64,000 bases of DNA from Auanema rhodensis. Taxonomy: Eukaryota > Animalia > Nematoda. The stretch spans positions 24,924,001 to 24,988,000 of the forward strand of contig OZ059900.1 of the NCBI GenBank assembly GCA_964057225.1, given 5' to 3'. Shown piece by piece: positions 38,101 through 51,200 of this stretch. Made by a program: the position numbers and the translations under genes. Each line of letters starts with the position of its first letter. Position 1 is the stretch's first letter. A model generated the notes under the pieces. That model had not been told where the DNA came from, searched no databases, and worked only from the letters and a program-made list of their open reading frames with translations.

Positions 38101-39340
38101 TTTGTATTTTTTTAGTGTTCAGCATGTAAAATGCGTCATTTTAGTATGTAAAACGCTGAAATTCGTTGCATTTGACGACTCATATGAACAAAAATCGATT
38201 TTATCAATATTAGCCATAAGGGGCGTGCCCTCAGAATATGCTAATTTCCTTAATTTTCTAACCCCTGTTTTTTTGTCGTGAAAGTGGAACTAGACGTTGT
38301 ACGAACAATTTTGAGCTAGGTTTCATTGACATTGCATGAGTTTGAACACATGAAATCGTAAGTCAAAACCTTGTTTACAGCGAAATTTCCAAAAACTGGT
38401 TTTCCAGCATAATAAAATATTTCTCATGGGAAATACTGTGTTTTTGTATTTTTCTAGTGTTCAGCATGTAAAATGCTTCATTTTAGTATGTAACACGCTG
38501 AAATTCGTTGCATTTGACGACTCATATGAACAAAAATCGATTTAATCAATATTAGCCATAAGGGGCGTGCCCTCAGAATATGCTAATTTCCTTAATTTTC
38601 TAACCCCTGTTTTTTTGTCGTGAAAGTGGAACTAGACGTTGTACGAACAATTTTGAGCTAGGTTTCATTGACATTGCATGAGTTTGAACACATGAAATCG
38701 TAAGTCAAAACCTTGTTTACAGCGAAATTTCCAAAAACTGGTTTTCCAGCATAATAAAATATTTCTCATGGGAAATACTGTGTTTTTGTATTTTTCTAGT
38801 GTTCAGCATGTAAAATGCTTCATTTTAGTATGTAACACGCTGAAATTCGTTGCATTTGACGACTCATATGAACAAAAATCGATTTTATCAATATTAGCCA
38901 TAAGGGGCGTGCCCTCAGAATATGCTAATTTCCTTAATTTTCTAACCCCTGTTTTTTTGTCGTGAAAGTGGAACTAGACGTTGTACGAACAATTTTGAGC
39001 TAGGTTTCATTGACATTGCATGAGTTTGAACACATGAAATCGTAAGTCAAAACCTTGTTTACAGCGAAATTTCCAAAAACTGGTTTTCCAGCATAATAAA
39101 ATATTTCTCATGGGAAATACTGTGTTTTTGTATTTTTCTAGTGTTCAGCATGTAAAATGCTTCATTTTAGTATGTAACACGCTGAAATTCGTTGCATTTG
39201 ACGACTCATATGAACAAAAATCGATTTTATCAATATTAGCCATAAGGGGCGTGCCCTCAGAATATGCTAATTTCCTTAATTTTCTAACCCCTGTTTTTTT
39301 GTCGTGAAAGTGGAACTAGACGTTGTACGAACAATTTTGA
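32159..39340 (+). repeat. Tandem 10-mer / 11-mer duplication (M95-104, M105-115; 3420-bp offset)
   Basis: A TTCCTTGC+GGGCCC+ACGGTGTA monomer, an ATACAAT+ACGGTGAA+ACAGTTT monomer and two CATAGTAAA monomers recur at +3420. The ORF track mirrors this (32612/36032, 32966/36386, 33308/36728, 33980/37400). Confidence 0.85.
33527..33868 (+). repeat. Representative consensus-type monomer (M99), 342 bp, ~34% GC, 10 CpG
   Basis: Carries the majority base at each variable site I tracked (CCTTGT, CATGGGAAATACTGTG, ATGCTTC, GTAACAC, ATTTAATC, GTACGAAC). Hand count of the consensus gives 57 C and 59 G in 342 bp. Confidence 0.9.
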
Positions 39341-42300
39341 GCTAGGTTTCATTGACATTGCATGAGTTTGAACACATGAAATCGTAAGTCAAAACCTTGT
39401 TTACAGCGAAATTTCCAAAAACTGGTTTTCCAGCATAATAAAATATTTCTCAAGGGAAAAACTGTGTTTTTATATTTTTCTAGTGTTCAGCATGTGAAAT
39501 GCTTCATTTTAGTATGTGACACGCTGAAATTCGTTGCATTTGACGACTCATATGAACAAAAATCGATTTAATCAATATTAGCCATAAGGGGCGTGCCCTC
39601 AGAATATGCTAATTTCCTTAATTTTCTAACCCCTGTTTTTTTGTCGTGAAAGTGGAACTAGACGTTGTACGAACAATTTTGAGCTAGGTTTCATTGACAT
39701 TGCATGAGTTTGAACACATGAAATCGTAAGTCAAAACCTTGTTTACAGCGAAATTTCCAAAAACTGGTTTTCCAGCATAATAAAATATTTCTCAAGGGAA
39801 AAACTGTGTTTTTATATTTTTCTAGTGTTCAGCATGTAAAATGCTTCATTTTAGTATGTGACACGCTGAAATTCGTTGCATTTGACGACTCATATGAACA
39901 AAAATCGATTTAATCAATATTAGCCATAAGGGGCGTGCCCTCAGAATATGCTAATTTCCTTAATTTTCTAACCCCTGTTTTTTTGTCGTGAAAGTGGAAC
40001 TAGACGTTGTACGAACAATTTTGAGCTAGGTTTCATTGACATTGCATGAGTTTGAACACATGAAATCGTAAGTCAAAACCTTGTTTACAGCGAAATTTCC
40101 AAAAACTGGTTTTCCAGCATAATAAAATATTTCTCATGGGAAATACTGTGTTTTTGTATTTTTCTAGTGTTCAGCATGTAAAATGCTTCATTTTAGTATG
40201 TAACACGCTGAAATTCGTTGCATTTGACGACTCATATGAACAAAAATCGATTTAATCAATATTAGCCATAAGGGGCGTGCCCTCAGAATATGCTAATTTC
40301 CTTAATTTTCTAACCCCTGATTTTTTGTCGTGAAAGTGGAACTAGACGTTGTACGAACAATTTTGAGCTAGGTTTCATTGACATTGCATGAGTTTGAACA
40401 CATGAAATCGTAAGTCAAAACCTTGTTTACAGCGAAATTTCCAAAAACTGGTTTTCCAGCATAATAAAATATTTCTCATGGGAAATACTGTGTTTTTGTA
40501 TTTTTTTAGTGTTCAGCATGTAAAATGCTTCATTTTAGTATGTAAAACGCTGAAATTCGTTGCATTTGACGACTCATATGAACAAAAATCGATTTAATCA
40601 ATATTAGCCATAAGGGGCGTGCCCTCAGAATATGCTAATTTCCTTAATTTTCTAACCCCTGTTTTTTTGTCGTGAAAGTGGAACTAGACGTTGTACGAAC
40701 AATTTTGAGCTAGGTTTCATTGACATTGCATGAGTTTGAACACATGAAATCGTAAGTCAAAACCTTGTTTACAGCGAAATTTCCAAAAACTGGTTTTCCA
40801 GCATAATAAAATATTTCTCATGGGAAATACTGTGTTTTTGTATTTTTCTAGTGTTCAGCATGTAAAATGCTTCATTTTAGTATGTAACACGCTGAAATTC
40901 GTTGCATTTGACGACTCATATGAACAAAAATCGATTTAATCAATATTAGCCATAAGGGGCGTGCCCTCAGAATATGCTAATTTCCTTAATTTTCTAACCC
41001 CTGTTTTTTTGTCGTGAAAGTGGAACTAGACGTTGTACGAACAATTTTGAGCTAGGTTTCATTGACATTGCATGAGTTTGAACACATGAAATCGTAAGTC
41101 AAAACCTTGTTTACAGCGAAATTTCCAAAAACTGGTTTTCCAGCATAATAAAATATTTCTCATGGGAAATACTGTGTTTTTGTATTTTTTTAGTGTTCAG
41201 CATGTAAAATGCGTCATTTTAGTATGTAAAACGCTGAAATTCGTTGCATTTGACGACTCATATGAACAAAAATCGATTTTATCAATATTAGCCATAAGGG
41301 GCGTGCCCTCAGAATATGCTAATTTCCTTAATTTTCTAACCCCTGTTTTTTTGTCGTGAAAGTGGAACTAGACGTTGTACGAACAATTTTGAGCTAGGTT
41401 TCATTGACATTGCATGAGTTTGAACACATGAAATCGTAAGTCAAAACCTTGTTTACAGCGAAATTTCCAAAAACTGGTTTTCCAGCATAATAAAATATTT
41501 CTCATGGGAAATACTGTGTTTTTGTATTTTTCTAGTGTTCAGCATGTAAAATGCTTCATTTTAGTATGTAACACGCTGAAATTCGTTGCATTTGACGACT
41601 CATATGAACAAAAATCGATTTAATCAATATTAGCCATAAGGGGCGTGCCCTCAGAATATGCTAATTTCCTTAATTTTCTAACCCCTGTTTTTTTGTCGTG
41701 AAAGTGGAACTAGACGTTGTACGAACAATTTTGAGCTAGGTTTCATTGACATTGCATGAGTTTGAACACATGAAATCGTAAGTCAAAACCTTGTTTACAG
41801 CGAAATTTCCAAAAACTGGTTTTCCAGCATAATAAAATATTTCTCATGGGAAATACTGTGTTTTTGTATTTTTTTAGTGTTCAGCATGTAAAATGCGTCA
41901 TTTTAGTATGTAAAACGCTGAAATTCGTTGCATTTGACGACTCATATGAACAAAAATCGATTTTATCAATATTAGCCATAAGGGGCGTGCCCTCAGAATA
42001 TGCTAATTTCCTTAATTTTCTAACCCCTGTTTTTTTGTCGTGAAAGTGGAACTAGACGTTGTACGAACAATTTTGAGCTAGGTTTCATTGACATTGCATG
42101 AGTTTGAACACATGAAATCGTAAGTCAAAACCTTGTTTACAGCGAAATTTCCAAAAACTGGTTTTCCAGCATAATAAAATATTTCTCATGGGAAAAACAG
42201 TGTTTTTGTATTTTTTTAGTGTTCAGCATGTAAAATGCGTCATTTTAGTATGTAAAACGCTGAAATTCGTTGCATTTGACGACTCATATGAACAAAAATC

Positions 42301-42760
42301 GATTTTATCAATATTAGCCATAAGGGGCGTGCCCTCAGAATATGCTAATTTCCTTAATTTTCTAACCCCTGTTTTTTTGTCGTGAAAGTGGAACTAGACG
42401 TTGTACGAACAATTTTGAGCTAGGTTTCATTGACATTGCATGAGTTTGAACACATGAAATCGTAAGTCAAAACCTTGTTTACAGCGAAATTTCCAAAAAC
42501 TGGTTTTCCAGCATAATAAAATATTTCTCAAGGGAAAAACTGTGTTTTTATATTTTTCTAGTGTTCAGCATGTAAAATGCTTCATTTTAGTATGTGACAC
42601 GCTGAAATTCGTTGCATTTGACGACTCATATGAACAAAAATCGATTTAATCAATATTAGCCATAAGGGGCGTGCCCTCAGAATATGCTAATTTCCTTAAT
42701 TTTCTAACCCCTGTTTTTTTGTCGTGAAAGTGGAACTAGACGTTGTACGAACAATTTTGA

Positions 42761-45700
42761 GCTAGGTTTCATTGACATTGCATGAGTTTGAACACATGAA
42801 ATCGTAAGTCAAAACCTTGTTTACAGCGAAATTTCCAAAAACTGGTTTTCCAGCATAATAAAATATTTCTCAAGGGAAAAACTGTGTTTTTATATTTTTC
42901 TAGTGTTCAGCATGTAAAATGCTTCATTTTAGTATGTGACACGCTGAAATTCGTTGCATTTGACGACTCATATGAACAAAAATCGATTTAATCAATATTA
43001 GCCATAAGGGGCGTGCCCTCAGAATATGCTAATTTCCTTAATTTTCTAACCCCTGTTTTTTTGTCGTGAAAGTGGAACTAGACGTTGTACGAACAATTTT
43101 GAGCTAGGTTTCATTGACATTGCATGAGTTTGAACACATGAAATCGTAAGTCAAAACCTTGTTTACAGCGAAATTTCCAAAAACTGGTTTTCCAGCATAA
43201 TAAAATATTTCTCATGGGAAATACTGTGTTTTTGTATTTTTCTAGTGTTCAGCATGTAAAATGCTTCATTTTAGTATGTAACACGCTGAAATTCGTTGCA
43301 TTTGACGACTCATATGAACAAAAATCGATTTAATCAATATTAGCCATAAGGGGCGTGCCCTCAGAATATGCTAATTTCCTTAATTTTCTAACCCCTGATT
43401 TTTTGTCGTGAAAGTGGAACTAGACGTTGTACGAACAATTTTGAGCTAGGTTTCATTGACATTGCATGAGTTTGAACACATGAAATCGTAAGTCAAAACC
43501 TTGTTTACAGCGAAATTTCCAAAAACTGGTTTTCCAGCATAATAAAATATTTCTCATGGGAAATACTGTGTTTTTGTATTTTTTTAGTGTTCAGCATGTA
43601 AAATGCTTCATTTTAGTATGTAAAACGCTGAAATTCGTTGCATTTGACGACTCATATGAACAAAAATCGATTTAATCAATGTTAGCCATAAGGGGCGTGC
43701 CCTCAGAATATGCTAATTTCCTTAATTTTCTAACCCCTGTTTTTTTGTCGTGAAAGTGGAACTAGACGTTGTAGGAACAATTTTGAGCTAGGTTTCATTG
43801 ACATTGCATGAGTTTGAACACATGAAATCGTAAGTCAAAACCTTGTTTACAGCGAAATTTCCAAAAACTGGTTTTCCAGCATAATACAATATTTCTCATG
43901 GGAAATACTGTGTTTTTGTATTTTTCTAGTGTTCAGAATGTAGAATGCTTCATTTTAGTATGTAACACGCTGAAATTCGTTGCATTTGACGACTCATATG
44001 AACAAAAATCGATTTAATCAATATTAGCCATAAGGAGCGTGCCCTCAGAATATGCTAATTTCCTTAATTTTCTAACCCCTGTTTTTTTGTCGTGAAAGTG
44101 GAACTAGACGTTGTACGAACAATTTTGAGCTAGGTTTCATTGACATTGCATGAGTTTGAACACATGAAATCGTAAGTCAAAACCTTGTTTACAGCGAAAT
44201 TTCCAAAAACTGGTTTTCCAGCATAATAAAATATTTCTCATGGGAAATACTGTGTTTTTGTATTTTTCTAGTGTTCAGCATGTAAAATGCTTCATTTTAG
44301 TATGTAAAACGCTGAAATTCGTTGCATTTGACGACTCATATGAACAAAAATCGATTTAATCAATATTAACCATAAGGGGCGTGCCCTCAGAATATGCTAA
44401 TTTCCTTAATTTTCTAACCCCTGATTTTTTGTCGTGAAAGTGGAACTAGACGTTGTAGGAACAATTTTGAGCTAGGTTTCATTGACATTGCATGAGTTTG
44501 AACACATGAAATCGTAAGTCAAAACCTTGTTTACAGCGAAATTTCCAAAAACTGGTTTTCCAGCATAATAAAATATTTCTCATTAGAAATACTGTGTCTT
44601 TGTATTTTTCTAGTGTTCAGCATGTAAAATGCTTCATTTTAGTATGTAACACGCTGAAATTCGTTGCATTTGACGACTCATATGAACAAAAATCGATTTA
44701 ATCAATGTTAGCCATAAGGGGCGTGCCCTCAGAATATGCTAATTTCCTTAATTTTCTAACCCCTGTTTTTTTGTCGTGAAAGTGGAACTAGACGTTGTAG
44801 GAACAATTTTGAGCTAGGTTTCATTGACATTGCATGAGTTTGAACACATGAAATCGTAAGTCAAAACCTTGTTTACAGCGAAATTTCCAAAAACTGGTTT
44901 TCCAGCATAATAAAATATTTCTCATGGGAAATACTGTGTTTTTGTATTTTCCTAGTGTTCAGCATGTAAAATGCTTCATTTTAGTATTTAACACGCTGAA
45001 ATTCGTTGCATTTGACGACTCATATGAACAAAAATCGATTTAATCAATATTAGCCATAAGGGGAGTGCCCTCAGAATATGCTAATTTCCTTAATTTTCTA
45101 ACCCTTGTTTTTTGTCGTGAAAGTGGAACTAGACGTTGTAGGAACAATTTTGAGCTAGGTTTCATTGACATTGCATGAGTTTGAACACATGAAATCGTAA
45201 GTCAAACCTTGTTTACAGCGAAATTTCCAAAAACTGGTTTTCCAGCATAATAAAATATTTCTCATGGGAAATACTGTGTTTTTGTATTTTTCTAGTGTTC
45301 AGCATGTAAAATGCTTCATTTTAGTATGTAACACGCTGAAATTCGTTGCATTTGACGACTCATATGAACAAAAATCGATTTAATCAATATTAGCCATAAG
45401 GGGCGTGCCCTCAGAATATGCTAATTTCCTTAATTTTCTAACCCCTGTTTTTTTGTCGTGAAAGTGGAACTAGACGTTGTACGAACAATTTTGAGCTAGG
45501 TTTCATTGACATTGCATGAGTTTGAACACATGAAATCGTAAGTCAAAACCTTGTTTACAGCGAAATTTCCAAAAACTGGTTTTCCAGCATAATAAAATAT
45601 TTCTCAAGGGAAAAACTGTGTTTTTATATTTTTCTAGTGTTCAGCATGTAAAATGCTTCATTTTAGTATGTGACACGCTGAAATTCGTTGCATTTGACGA

Positions 45701-48228
45701 CTCATATGAACAAAAATCGATTTAATCAATATTAGCCATAAGGGGCGTGCCCTCAGAATATGCTAATTTCCTTAATTTTCTAACCCCTGTTTTTTTGTCG
45801 TGAAAGTGGAACTAGACGTTGTACGAACAATTTTGAGCTAGGTTTCATTGACATTGCATGAGTTTGAACACATGAAATCGTAAGTCAAAACCTTGTTTAC
45901 AGCGAAATTTCCAAAAACTGGTTTTCCAGCATAATAAAATATTTCTCATGGGAAATACTGTGTTTTTGTATTTTTCTAGTGTTCAGCATGTAAAATGCTT
46001 CATTTTAGTATGTAACACGCTGAAATTCGTTGCATTTGACGACTCATATGAACAAAAATCGATTTAATCAATATTAGCCATAAGGGGCGTGCCCTCAGAA
46101 TATGCTAATTTCCTTAATTTTCTAACCCCTGATTTTTTGTCGTGAAAGTGGAACTAGACGTTGTACGAACAATTTTGAGCTAGGTTTCATTGACATTGCA
46201 TGAGTTTGAACACATGAAATCGTAAGTCAAAACCTTGTTTACAGCGAAATTTCCAAAAACTGGTTTTCCAGCATAATAAAATATTTCTCATGGGAAATAC
46301 TGTGTTTTTGTATTTTTTTAGTGTTCAGCATGTAAAATGCTTCATTTTAGTATGTAAAACGCTGAAATTCGTTGCATTTGACGACTCATATGAACAAAAA
46401 TCGATTTAATCAATGTTAGCCATAAGGGGCGTGCCCTCAGAATATGCTAATTTCCTTAATTTTCTAACCCCTGTTTTTTTGTCGTGAAAGTGGAACTAGA
46501 CGTTGTAGGAACAATTTTGAGCTAGGTTTCATTGACATTGCATGAGTTTGAACACATGAAATCGTAAGTCAAAACCTTGTTTACAGCGAAATTTCCAAAA
46601 ACTGGTTTTCCAGCATAATACAATATTTCTCATGGGAAATACTGTGTTTTTGTATTTTTCTAGTGTTCAGAATGTAGAATGCTTCATTTTAGTATGTAAC
46701 ACGCTGAAATTCGTTGCATTTGACGACTCATATGAACAAAAATCGATTTAATCAATATTAGCCATAAGGAGCGTGCCCTCAGAATATGCTAATTTCCTTA
46801 ATTTTCTAACCCCTGTTTTTTTGTCGTGAAAGTGGAACTAGACGTTGTACGAACAATTTTGAGCTAGGTTTCATTGACATTGCATGAGTTTGAACACATG
46901 AAATCGTAAGTCAAAACCTTGTTTACAGCGAAATTTCCAAAAACTGGTTTTCCAGCATAATAAAATATTTCTCATGGGAAATACTGTGTTTTTGTATTTT
47001 TCTAGTGTTCAGCATGTAAAATGCTTCATTTTAGTATGTAAAACGCTGAAATTCGTTGCATTTGACGACTCATATGAACAAAAATCGATTTAATCAATAT
47101 TAACCATAAGGGGCGTGCCCTCAGAATATGCTAATTTCCTTAATTTTCTAACCCCTGATTTTTTGTCGTGAAAGTGGAACTAGACGTTGTAGGAACAATT
47201 TTGAGCTAGGTTTCATTGACATTGCATGAGTTTGAACACATGAAATCGTAAGTCAAAACCTTGTTTACAGCGAAATTTCCAAAAACTGGTTTTCCAGCAT
47301 AATAAAATATTTCTCATTAGAAATACTGTGTCTTTGTATTTTTCTAGTGTTCAGCATGTAAAATGCTTCATTTTAGTATGTAACACGCTGAAATTCGTTG
47401 CATTTGACGACTCATATGAACAAAAATCGATTTAATCAATGTTAGCCATAAGGGGCGTGCCCTCAGAATATGCTAATTTCCTTAATTTTCTAACCCCTGT
47501 TTTTTTGTCGTGAAAGTGGAACTAGACGTTGTAGGAACAATTTTGAGCTAGGTTTCATTGACATTGCATGAGTTTGAACACATGAAATCGTAAGTCAAAA
47601 CCTTGTTTACAGCGAAATTTCCAAAAACTGGTTTTCCAGCATAATAAAATATTTCTCATGGGAAATACTGTGTTTTTGTATTTTCCTAGTGTTCAGCATG
47701 TAAAATGCTTCATTTTAGTATTTAACACGCTGAAATTCGTTGCATTTGACGACTCATATGAACAAAAATCGATTTAATCAATATTAGCCATAAGGGGAGT
47801 GCCCTCAGAATATGCTAATTTCCTTAATTTTCTAACCCTTGTTTTTTGTCGTGAAAGTGGAACTAGACGTTGTAGGAACAATTTTGAGCTAGGTTTCATT
47901 GACATTGCATGAGTTTGAACACATGAAATCGTAAGTCAAACCTTGTTTACAGCGAAATTTCCAAAAACTGGTTTTCCAGCATAATAAAATATTTCTCATG
48001 GGAAATACTGTGTTTTTGTATTTTTCTAGTGTTCAGCATGTAAAATGCTTCATTTTAGTATGTAACACGCTGAAATTCGTTGCATTTGACGACTCATATG
48101 AACAAAAATCGATTTAATCAATGTTAGCCATAAGGGGCGTGCCCTCAGAATATGCTAATTTCCTTAATTTTCTAACCCCTGTTTTTTTGTCGTGAAAGTG
48201 GAACTAGACGTTGTAGGAACAATTTTGA
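42761..48228 (+). repeat. Tandem 8-mer duplication (M126-133 / M134-141; 2734-bp period)
   Basis: The ordered variants TGTGACAC, CCTGATT, AATGTTAG, CAGAATGTAGAAT+AGGAGC, ATTAACC, CATTAGAAAT, TTCCTAG+ATTTAAC+CCCTTG, TCAAACC occur twice. Confidence 0.88.
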
Positions 48229-51200
48229 GCTAGGTTTCATTGACATTGCATGAGTTTGAACACATGAAATCGTAAGTCAAAACCTTGTTTACAGCGAAAT
48301 TTCCAAAAACTGGTTTTCCAGCATAATAAAATATTTCTCATGGGAAATACTGTAATTTTGTATTTTTCTAGTGTTCATCATGTAAAATGCTTCATTTTAG
48401 TATGTAACACGCTGAAATTTGTTGCATTTGACGACTCATATGAACAAAAATCGATTTAATCAATATTAGCCATAAGGGGAGTGCCCTCAGAATATGCTAA
48501 TTTCCTTAATTTTCTAACCCCTGTTTTTTTGTCGTGAAAGTGGAACTAGACGTTGTACGAACAATTTTGAGCTAGGTTTCATTGACATTGCATGAGTTTG
48601 AACACATGAAATCGTAAGTCAAACCTTGTTTACAGCGAAATTTCCAAAAACTGGTTTTCCAGCATAATAAAATATTTCTCATGGGAAATACTGTGTTTTT
48701 GTATTTTTCTAGTGTTCAGCATGTAAAATGCTTCATTTTAGTATGTAACACGCTGAAATTCGTTGCATTTGACGACTCATATGAACAAAAATCGATTTAA
48801 TCAATATTAGCCATAAGGGGCGTGCCCTCAGAATATGCTAATTTCCTTAATTTTCTAACCCCTGTTTTTTTGTCGTGAAAGTGGAACTAGACGTTGTACG
48901 AACAATTTTGAGCTAGGTTTCATTGACATTGCATGAGTTTGAATACATGAAATCGTAAGTCAAAACCTTGTTTACAGCGAAATTTCCAAAAACTGGTTTT
49001 CCACCATAATAAAATATTTCTCATGGGAAATACTGTGTTTTTGTATTTTTTCAGTGTTCAGCATGTAAAATGCTTCATTTTAGTATGTAACACGCTGAAA
49101 TTCGTTGCATTTGACGACTCATATGAACAAAAATCGATTTAATCAATATTAGCCATAAGGGGCGTGCCCTCAGAATATGCTAATTTCCTTAATTTTCTAA
49201 CCCCTGTTTTTTTGTCGTGAAAGTGGAACTAGACGTTGTACGAACAATTTTGAGCTAGGTTTCATTGACATTGCATGAGTTTGAACACATGAAATCGTAA
49301 GTCAAAACCTTGTTTACAGCGAAATTTCCAAAAACTGGTTTTCCAGCATAATAAAATATTTCTCATGGGAAATACTGTGTTTTTGTATTTTTCTAGTGTT
49401 CAGCATGTAAAATGCTTCATTTTAGTATGTAAGACGCTGAAATTCGTTGCATTTGACGACTCATATGAACAAAAATCGATTTAATCAATATTAACCATAA
49501 GGGGCGTGCCCTCAGAATGTGCTAATTTCCTTAATTTTCTAACCCCTGTTTTTTTGTCGTGAAAGTGGAACTAGACGTTGTACGAACAATTTTGAGCTAG
49601 GTTTCATTGACATTGCATGAGTTTGAACACATGAATTCGTAAGTCAAAACCTTGTTTACAGCGAAATTTCCAAAAACTGGTTTTCCAGCATAATAAAATA
49701 TTTCTCATGGGAAATACTGTGTTTTTGTATTTTTCTAGTGTTCAGCATGTAAAATGCTTCATTTTAGTATGTAACACGCTGAAATTCGTTGCATTTGACG
49801 ACTCATATGAACAAAAATCGATTTAATCAATATTAGCCATAAGGGGCGTGCCCTCAGAATATGCTAATTTCCTTAATTTTCTAACCCCTGTTTTTTCGTC
49901 GTGAAAGTGGAACTAGACGTTGTACAAACAATTTTGAGCTAGGTTTCATTGACATTGCATGAGTTTGAACACATGAAATCGTAAGTCAAAACCTTGTTTA
50001 CAGCGAAATTTCCAAAAACTGGTTTTCCAACATAATAAAATATTTCTCATGGGAAAAACTGTGTTTTTGTATTTTTCTAGTGTTCAGCATGTAAAATGCT
50101 TCATTTTAGTATGTAACACGCTGAAATTCGTTGCGTTTGACGACTCATATGAACAAAAATCGATTTAATCAATATTATCCATAAGGGGCGTGCCCTCAGA
50201 ATATGCTAATTTCCTTAATTTTCTAACCCCTGTTTTTTTGTCGTGAAAGTGGAACTAGACGTTGTACGAACAATTTTGAGCTAGGTTTCATTGACATTGC
50301 ATGAGTTTGAACACATGAAATCGTAAGTCAAAACCTTGTTTACAGCGAAATTTCCAAAAACTGTTTTCCAGCATAATAAAATATTTCTCATGGGAAAAAC
50401 TGTGTTTTTGTATTTTTCTAGTGTTCAGCATGTAAAATGCTTCATTTTAGTATGTAACACGCTGAAATTCGTTGCATTTGACGACTCATATGAACAAAAA
50501 TCGATTTAATCAATATTAACCATAAGGGGCGTGCCCTCAGAATGTGCTAATTTCCTTAATTTTCTAACCCCTGTTTTTTTGTCGTGAAAGTGGAACTAGA
50601 CGTTGTACAAACAATTTTGAGCTAGGTTTCATTGACATTGCATGAGTTTGAACACATGAAATCGTAAGTCAAAACCTTGTTTACAGCGAAATTTCCAAAA
50701 ACTGGTTTTCCAACATAATAAAATATTTCTCATGGGAAAAACTGTGTTTTTGTATTTTTCTAGTGTTCAGCATGTAAAATGCTTCATTTTAGTATGTAAC
50801 ACGCTGAAATTCGTTGCGTTTGACGACTCATATGAACAAAAATCGATTTAATCAATATTATCCATAAGGGGCGTGCCCTCAGAATGTGCTAATTTCCTTA
50901 ATTTTCTAACCCCTGTTTTTTTGTCGTGAAAGTGGAACTAGACGTTGTACGAACAATTTTGAGCTAGGTTTCATTGACATTGCATGAGTTTGAACACATG
51001 AAATCGTAAGTCAAAACCTTGTTTACAGCGAAATTTCCAAAAACTGGTTTTCCAGCATAATAAAATATTTCTCATGGGAAATACTGTGTTTTTGTATTTT
51101 TCTAGTGTTCAGCATGTAAAATGCTTCATTTTAGTATGTAACACGCTGAAATTCGTTGCATTTGACGACTCATATGAACAAAAATCGATTTAATCAATAT

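Larger units (their letters stand above)
27190..42418 (+). repeat. Variant domain B of the satellite (A230T-bearing)
   Basis: ATCGATTTTATC (A230T) occurs in 25 of 45 monomers (M80-M124), alongside ATGCGTC, GTAAAACG, ACAGTG, CAAGGGAAAAAC and CATAGTAAA. It holds 23 of the 24 ORFs in the ORF track. Confidence 0.85.
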
